Source: a bacterium (GTDB taxonomy: Bacteria; UBA8248). Taken from it: a DNA stretch of 64,000 nucleotides. Positions within the stretch are counted from its first letter, which is position 1, and the number at the start of each line of letters is the position of its first letter. The notes below the pieces were generated by a model, which saw only the letters and a list, made by a program, of their open reading frames with translations, did no database searches and was not told the origin of the DNA. The position numbers were made by a program, and so were the translations under genes. Positions 59,345-64,000 of this stretch are shown one piece after another. Location of the stretch: the NCBI GenBank assembly GCA_965203325.1, contig OZ241875.1, forward strand, positions 3,936,001-4,000,000, given 5' to 3'.

Positions 59345-60646
59345 ATGAAACGCAGGGAATTTCTTGTAGCGTTGGCGGCGACGGCGCTGACCCCCGCGAC
59401 CGGATGGGCGGCGCCAGCAGGTATGCGCTTGAAGGCCGAGCCCGTCACCGCCCGCCTCCTGCCGGATGGGCAGGGGGTGACGCGGATGCTCGGGTTCAAC
59501 GGGTCGACGCCGGGTCCCGAAATCCGCGCCCGTCAGGGCGGCCGGGTAGCCGTCGCCTTCGAGAACGGGATCGACAGCGCTTCCGCCATCCACTGGCACG
59601 GCATCCATATCGCCAACGCGATGGACGGGGTGCCGGGCCTCACACAGGCGGCGGTCAAGCCGGGCGGCGCGTTCGACTACGTTTTCGACGCATCCCACCC
59701 CGGCACCTATTGGTACCACTCGCATGAGCGCTCCTGGGAGCAGGTGGCGAAGGGACTCTACGGCCCCCTGATAATCGAGGAGCGCGACCCCCCGCGCGTC
59801 GACCACGACATCACGGTGGTTATCGACGACTGGCGCCTCACGCGCAGCGGCGAGTTGCACGCAAACTTCGGCAACCGGCACGACTTCTCCCATGACGGGC
59901 GGCTCGGCAACTTCGCCCGCGCGCTGGCCTCACGCGAAACGGTAAGACGCGGCGACCGGGTTCGCCTGCGGCTGATCAACACGGCGACGGCCCGGATTTT
60001 CCCGGTGCGGATCTCAGGCGGCGCGGGCAAGGTCGTGGCGCATGACGGCATGCCTCTGGCGGCGCCCGAGCCGCTCGGCGAACTCGTCCTCGCCCCCGCT
60101 CAGCGGACCGACGTCATCCTCGACGTGGCGGGGTCCGTCACCTTCGCCCTCCTGACCCGGCGCGAACCTTATGAACTCGGCAAAATAGCGGCGAAAGGCG
60201 CGAACCCGGCGCCCATCGACACTCCTATCGCGGCCTTGCCGCCGAATACCGTTTCAGCGCCCGATCGGAAAAAGGCGAAGCGGCTGACGCTCGCCATGCA
60301 GGGCGGCGCGATGGGCGGGCGGCACGGGGGTAAGGATTTCTGGGCCTTCAACGACTATTCCGGCTTGCCCTACGCGCCCTGGCAGCGCTTCGAGCGCGGC
60401 GAAACGGCGCTGATCACCATGCGCAACGACACGGCCTTTCCGCACGGCATCCACATCCACGGCCACCACTTTTATGAACTCGACGAGAACGGCGCGCCCG
60501 GCCATTACCGCGACACTACGCTGGTCGACCCGCGCCGGCGGCGGGACGTCCTCTGCGTGTTCGACAACCCCGGCAAGTGGCTTATCCACTGCCATACCCT
60601 GGCCCACCAGGCGTCGGGCATGAAGACCTGGGTCGAGGTCGTCTGA
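59345..60646 (+). CDS. Tat-exported multicopper oxidase
   Basis: RREFL Tat motif; HWHG, WYHSH, HGIHIHGH, HCHTLAHQASGM copper ligands. Confidence 0.95.
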   Translation: MKRREFLVALAATALTPATGWAAPAGMRLKAEPVTARLLPDGQGVTRMLGFNGSTPGPEIRARQGGRVAVAFENGIDSASAIHWHGIHIANAMDGVPGLTQAAVKPGGAFDYVFDASHPGTYWYHSHERSWEQVAKGLYGPLIIEERDPPRVDHDITVVIDDWRLTRSGELHANFGNRHDFSHDGRLGNFARALASRETVRRGDRVRLRLINTATARIFPVRISGGAGKVVAHDGMPLAAPEPLGELVLAPAQRTDVILDVAGSVTFALLTRREPYELGKIAAKGANPAPIDTPIAALPPNTVSAPDRKKAKRLTLAMQGGAMGGRHGGKDFWAFNDYSGLPYAPWQRFERGETALITMRNDTAFPHGIHIHGHHFYELDENGAPGHYRDTTLVDPRRRRDVLCVFDNPGKWLIHCHTLAHQASGMKTWVEVV

Positions 60647-60776
60647 CGGGGGTTCTGCGGGCAATAGCGTTCGCCACGGAATCGGGTCATTCCGGGGAAT
60701 GCGCCGGATGGGGGTGAATTCACCACATTGCCGGCGGAGTCGAGCGCGGAAATCGAATCCCGCGTAGCCGATCACT

Positions 60777-60833
60777 CGTAGGGGCAAACCCCTCCTCGGG
60801 GTTGCCCCACGGTTCGCGAACCGCCCCTGCAAT
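60777..60833 (+). repeat. 57-bp GTAG-type REP repeat, copy 2 (a further GTAG palindrome at 60870-60899)
   Basis: Direct repeat of 59101-59157. Confidence 0.85.
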
Positions 60834-60944
60834 TGCGTTTCTCATTTGCGAAGAATGGATAAGGCACCCGTAGGGACAGGTCGCGACCTGTCCCTGTACC
60901 CTTCTCGGAAGAACCCTTATTCGGCCAGCATACTCTCCCTCATC

Positions 60945-61180
60945 GGACTTGTTTAAAAACCCCCTGAAAGGGAAATCCCATAAAACCAACCCCCCCCTAC
61001 CCCCCCTTGTCAGGGGTCAAAACCGAACGAAGAGGGAGGTTTTGCAAGACGATGTGTTTCTCGTCAATGGCTTATGCAAACGCTCGTTCATCACTCGCGT
61101 TTGACCCCTGACAAGGGGGGGTAGGGGGGGGTGCCTTCAAAGAGGGAGGTCGGGGGTTCGCGCGAAAGCGGCCTTCCCGC
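60945..61180. repeat. Repeat homologous to 35164-35300 with a ~33-bp inverted repeat of C/G runs
   Basis: TGAAAGGGAAA..CCATAAA..CAACCCCCCC and GAGGGAGGTCGGGGGTTCGC.CGAAAGCGGCCTTCCCGC are shared; inverted repeat 60989-61021/61100-61132. Confidence 0.8.
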
Positions 61181-62321
61181 TAGTGGCGGGCACGCAGACC
61201 ATTCCTTCCATCAGTCTTCGCGCCGTGCGGTAGACGATGACTTTCTCGGCCACGGGGCCTTCGGGTGTCTCTGCGACCACGGCGTTTATCGTCTGCACGC
61301 CGGAGGGATGCCCCAGGCGGATGTCGCACGCTGCGCCTCGGGCGGCCTCGTGCACGATGGTGCCGGGAATCCGGGCGGCGACGGCGAGGCACATCGCGCC
61401 CGTGAGGGCGAAGGCGCGGTGGGTCTTGCCCATCGAGACGATGCGGGCCGCGATGTCGCAATCATCCGCCGAGATGATCTCGCCTTTCAAGTCGATATAT
61501 TCCAGCGGGGGGGCGACGAGCACCACCTTGGGAACCGCCTGCACGCTTTCTGAAGCCTCCCGCCTGTCGCGCGCAAGCCCCATGCGCACCGCCGCTTCGG
61601 CGCGGATCTGCTCCAGATTCACCATCACCTCGACGCGGCTGTCGATGAGGCCGGGGCCTTCACCGCCCGATAGCCCCAGGTCCTTGGCGCGGACGAATAC
61701 CATCGGGTTGGTGGCGTCCACCATGCTCGCCTCGATGGCGCCGATGCCCTCGATCTCGAAGGTATCCACCGCGTCCCCGGAGGGCAGGAGCGATCCGGTG
61801 GCTGCGCCGCCCGGGTCCATGAATTCGAGCGTGATTCGCGCGCCTGAGCCCGAAACGCCGGGCAGCTCATAGGAGCCGCTCACGCCTGCGGCACCTTCTT
61901 CCACCGGAAAGCGCGCGTGATAGGTCTTGCCCGTGTTCGTGTTGAATATGCGCACGGTGGCGACGCCGTCCGCCGCCCGCACCAGACCCTCGTCCACGGC
62001 GAACGGCCCGACCGCGCTCGATATGTTCCCGCAGGTGCCGACGTAGTCCACGGTCTCATCCGTCACGCCCACCTGCGCGAAGGTGAAATCCACGTCCGCA
62101 TCGGCGCGTCCGGAGGGCGCTACCACCGCGATTTTGCTGAGTGAGGATACCCCGCCTCCCAGGCCGTCGAGCTGGCGTCCGTTCGGGTCGGGGCTGCCGA
62201 GCGCTTTCAGGAATATGGCGTCGCGCTCGGCCCGGTCTTCGGGCAGGTCTTTCGCGTGAAAGACGATGGCGCGGCTCGTGCCCCCGCGCATGAAGACGGC
62301 CGGATATTTCCTTTGGCCCAT
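61137..62321 (-). CDS. prpF: PrpF family (methyl)aconitate isomerase
   Basis: FMRGGTSRA, GSPDP..QLDGLGGG.SSLSK, CGNISSAVG, RTARRLMEG. Confidence 0.9.
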   Translation of the reverse strand: MGQRKYPAVFMRGGTSRAIVFHAKDLPEDRAERDAIFLKALGSPDPNGRQLDGLGGGVSSLSKIAVVAPSGRADADVDFTFAQVGVTDETVDYVGTCGNISSAVGPFAVDEGLVRAADGVATVRIFNTNTGKTYHARFPVEEGAAGVSGSYELPGVSGSGARITLEFMDPGGAATGSLLPSGDAVDTFEIEGIGAIEASMVDATNPMVFVRAKDLGLSGGEGPGLIDSRVEVMVNLEQIRAEAAVRMGLARDRREASESVQAVPKVVLVAPPLEYIDLKGEIISADDCDIAARIVSMGKTHRAFALTGAMCLAVAARIPGTIVHEAARGAACDIRLGHPSGVQTINAVVAETPEGPVAEKVIVYRTARRLMEGMVCVPATSGKAAFARTPDLPL

Positions 62322-62322
62322 A

Positions 62323-64000
62323 TCAGGCGCCGTCCCGCGCCGGGGCGGGGTTCGTTGCGCCTGCGCCGCCCCCTTCGATGCGGGCCAGGGCCAGCGCGCC
62401 GCCCGCGGCGAGCATCCGGCGCTCGCGTTCGGTGAGCGTACACGTTGCGCTGAAGGCGTGCCCCGTATCCGTATTTTCGACCTGGAATGAACCCGTGACG
62501 ATAGAATCCTGGATGTTCGATATCGAGAGCTTCTGACCGGCGTCCACCTTTTCGTAATCGTTCTCATCATTGAACACGAGAGGCAGGATGCCCCAGTTGA
62601 TGAGGTTCGCCCGGTGGATTCTCGCAAAACTCTTGGCGATGACGGCGCGGACGCCGAGTATCATCGGGCAGATGGCCGCCTGCTCGCGGGCGGAGCCCTG
62701 CCCGTACGTCTTCGCCCCGACGATGACCCCGCCGCCCGCCTCGCGCGCGCGGGAGGCGAAGGTCTCATCCACGCGCCTGAAGGTGAAGTCCGCGAGTGCG
62801 GGCATGTTCGTGCGGTAGGTGATGGCTTCAACCCCCGCCGGGCTGATGTGGTCGGTCGAGACGTTGTCGCCGAGCTTGATCAGTACCTCTCCCGTGTAGG
62901 AATCGCCGATAAACTCTCCCACCTGTACGGGCTGGATGTTCGGCCCCCGGATGATCTCCACCTCCGCCGGGTCCTCCGCAGGCTCCACGATGCCCGTCTT
63001 GTCGCCCGCGAAGCGGTAGGGGAGCAGCACCTCGGGCGCCTTGCCCTCGTCCCTGGGGTCTCTTATCTCGCCGTGCAGTGCGGCCACGGCGGCGAGTTCG
63101 GGACTCGCGAGATACACGGCGTCCTCGCTCAGCCCCGAGCGGCCCTTGAAGTTCCGGTTGAACGCGCGCAGGGAGTTCATGCCGGGCGCGGGGATGTGGG
63201 CGTAGCCGGGGCAGGAGCCGCAGGTGGATTCCGAGACGCACACGCCCGCGGCCAGCAGGTCGGCCAGATGGCCCTCTCTCGCGAGTTCTTCGAAGGCCTG
63301 CCTGCTGCCCGGAAAGACGATGGCGTCGACGCCGTCGGCCACCTTGCGGCCCCTCAGCACCTGCGCGAAAGAGGCCACGTCGGTGAACGTGCCGTTCGTG
63401 CAGCTTCCGATGATGACCTGGTGGATCGGCGTGCCGACGGTTTCCGAGACCGGCACGACGTTCTCGGGGTTCGAGGGCAGGGCGACCAGGGGCTGGACGT
63501 CCCCGAGATTCAGTTCGATTCTCTCGTCATACGCCGCGCCCGATTCCGCCTCCTGCGGCTTCCAGTCGGCCGCGCGGCCGATGCGCTCGTAGAACGTCCT
63601 GGTCTGCGCGTCGCTCGGGAAGATGCTGCCCGTGAGGCCGAGTTCGGTGCCCATGCTCGCGACCGTGAAGCGCTCCGGCACCGTGAGGGCCCGCACGCCG
63701 GGGCCGGTATATTCGAAATACTTGCCGATTCCCCCGCGCGCGCCCAAGCGGCGCAGGAGTTCCAGGATCACGTCTTTCGCCGTCGCCCAGGCGCCGAGCT
63801 TCCCGGTGAGCCGCACCTCGACGATGGCCGGACGCGGGATGATGGTCGCGCCCGTCGCCATGGCGGTCGCCACGTCCATGCCGCCCGCGCCAATCGCGAG
63901 CATTCCCACGGCGCCGCCCTGGGGGGTGTGCGAGTCCGTGCCGAGGAGGCTCTCGCCCGGAACCGAGAATTCCTCTAAATGGACGTTGTGGCAGATGCCG
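62323..64000 (-). CDS. Aconitate hydratase family protein (5' end beyond the window)
   Basis: GICH..H, DSHT, IGSCTNG, CGSCPG, NRNFKGRSG, TDHISPAG, YGQGSARE, SFARIHRANL. Confidence 0.93.
   Translation of the reverse strand, partial: GICHNVHLEEFSVPGESLLGTDSHTPQGGAVGMLAIGAGGMDVATAMATGATIIPRPAIVEVRLTGKLGAWATAKDVILELLRRLGARGGIGKYFEYTGPGVRALTVPERFTVASMGTELGLTGSIFPSDAQTRTFYERIGRAADWKPQEAESGAAYDERIELNLGDVQPLVALPSNPENVVPVSETVGTPIHQVIIGSCTNGTFTDVASFAQVLRGRKVADGVDAIVFPGSRQAFEELAREGHLADLLAAGVCVSESTCGSCPGYAHIPAPGMNSLRAFNRNFKGRSGLSEDAVYLASPELAAVAALHGEIRDPRDEGKAPEVLLPYRFAGDKTGIVEPAEDPAEVEIIRGPNIQPVQVGEFIGDSYTGEVLIKLGDNVSTDHISPAGVEAITYRTNMPALADFTFRRVDETFASRAREAGGGVIVGAKTYGQGSAREQAAICPMILGVRAVIAKSFARIHRANLINWGILPLVFNDENDYEKVDAGQKLSISNIQDSIVTGSFQVENTDTGHAFSATCTLTERERRMLAAGGALALARIEGGGAGATNPAPARDGA

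Noticed and set aside
35164..61180. Possible CRISPR array among the repeats
   Set aside because: Repeats are dispersed and palindromic, not regularly spaced with unique spacers, and no cas genes are present
62322..62627. N-terminal extension of PrpF in the ORF track
   Set aside because: It overlaps the aconitase 3' end in another frame; PrpF homology starts at ATG 62321

Overview
A gene-dense, mostly GC-rich bacterial chromosomal segment with no rRNA, tRNA, CRISPR or transposase genes that I could recognise. It carries about 60 CDS. Housekeeping genes include hflX, mgtE, leuS, mqnD, pepA, rsmD and leuA. Most of the rest is catabolic: glcDEF, prpB-like, three MmgE/PrpD paralogues, prpF, aconitase, a 2-oxoacid dehydrogenase E1a/E1b/E2, an amidohydrolase plus AtzD/barbiturase-family pair, cupins, VOC proteins and four MFS transporters. 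A short hicBA module is also present. Features the ORF track misses: (1) a deiodinase-like selenoprotein split by an in-frame UGA with a bacterial SECIS-like hairpin (31579-32217); (2) a self-contained promoter, SD, 31-aa basic sORF and terminator unit with repeated GAAA-loop hairpins (43430-43678); (3) a probable ATC start codon for hflX; (4) a DnaA-box cluster in an AT-rich spacer with no dnaA nearby; (5) nested REP/MITE repeat families, some of which supply gene 3' ends; (6) three clustered +1 frameshifts (27.9-29.0 kb) that look like sequencing errors. All calls come from reading motifs by eye; no searches were run.
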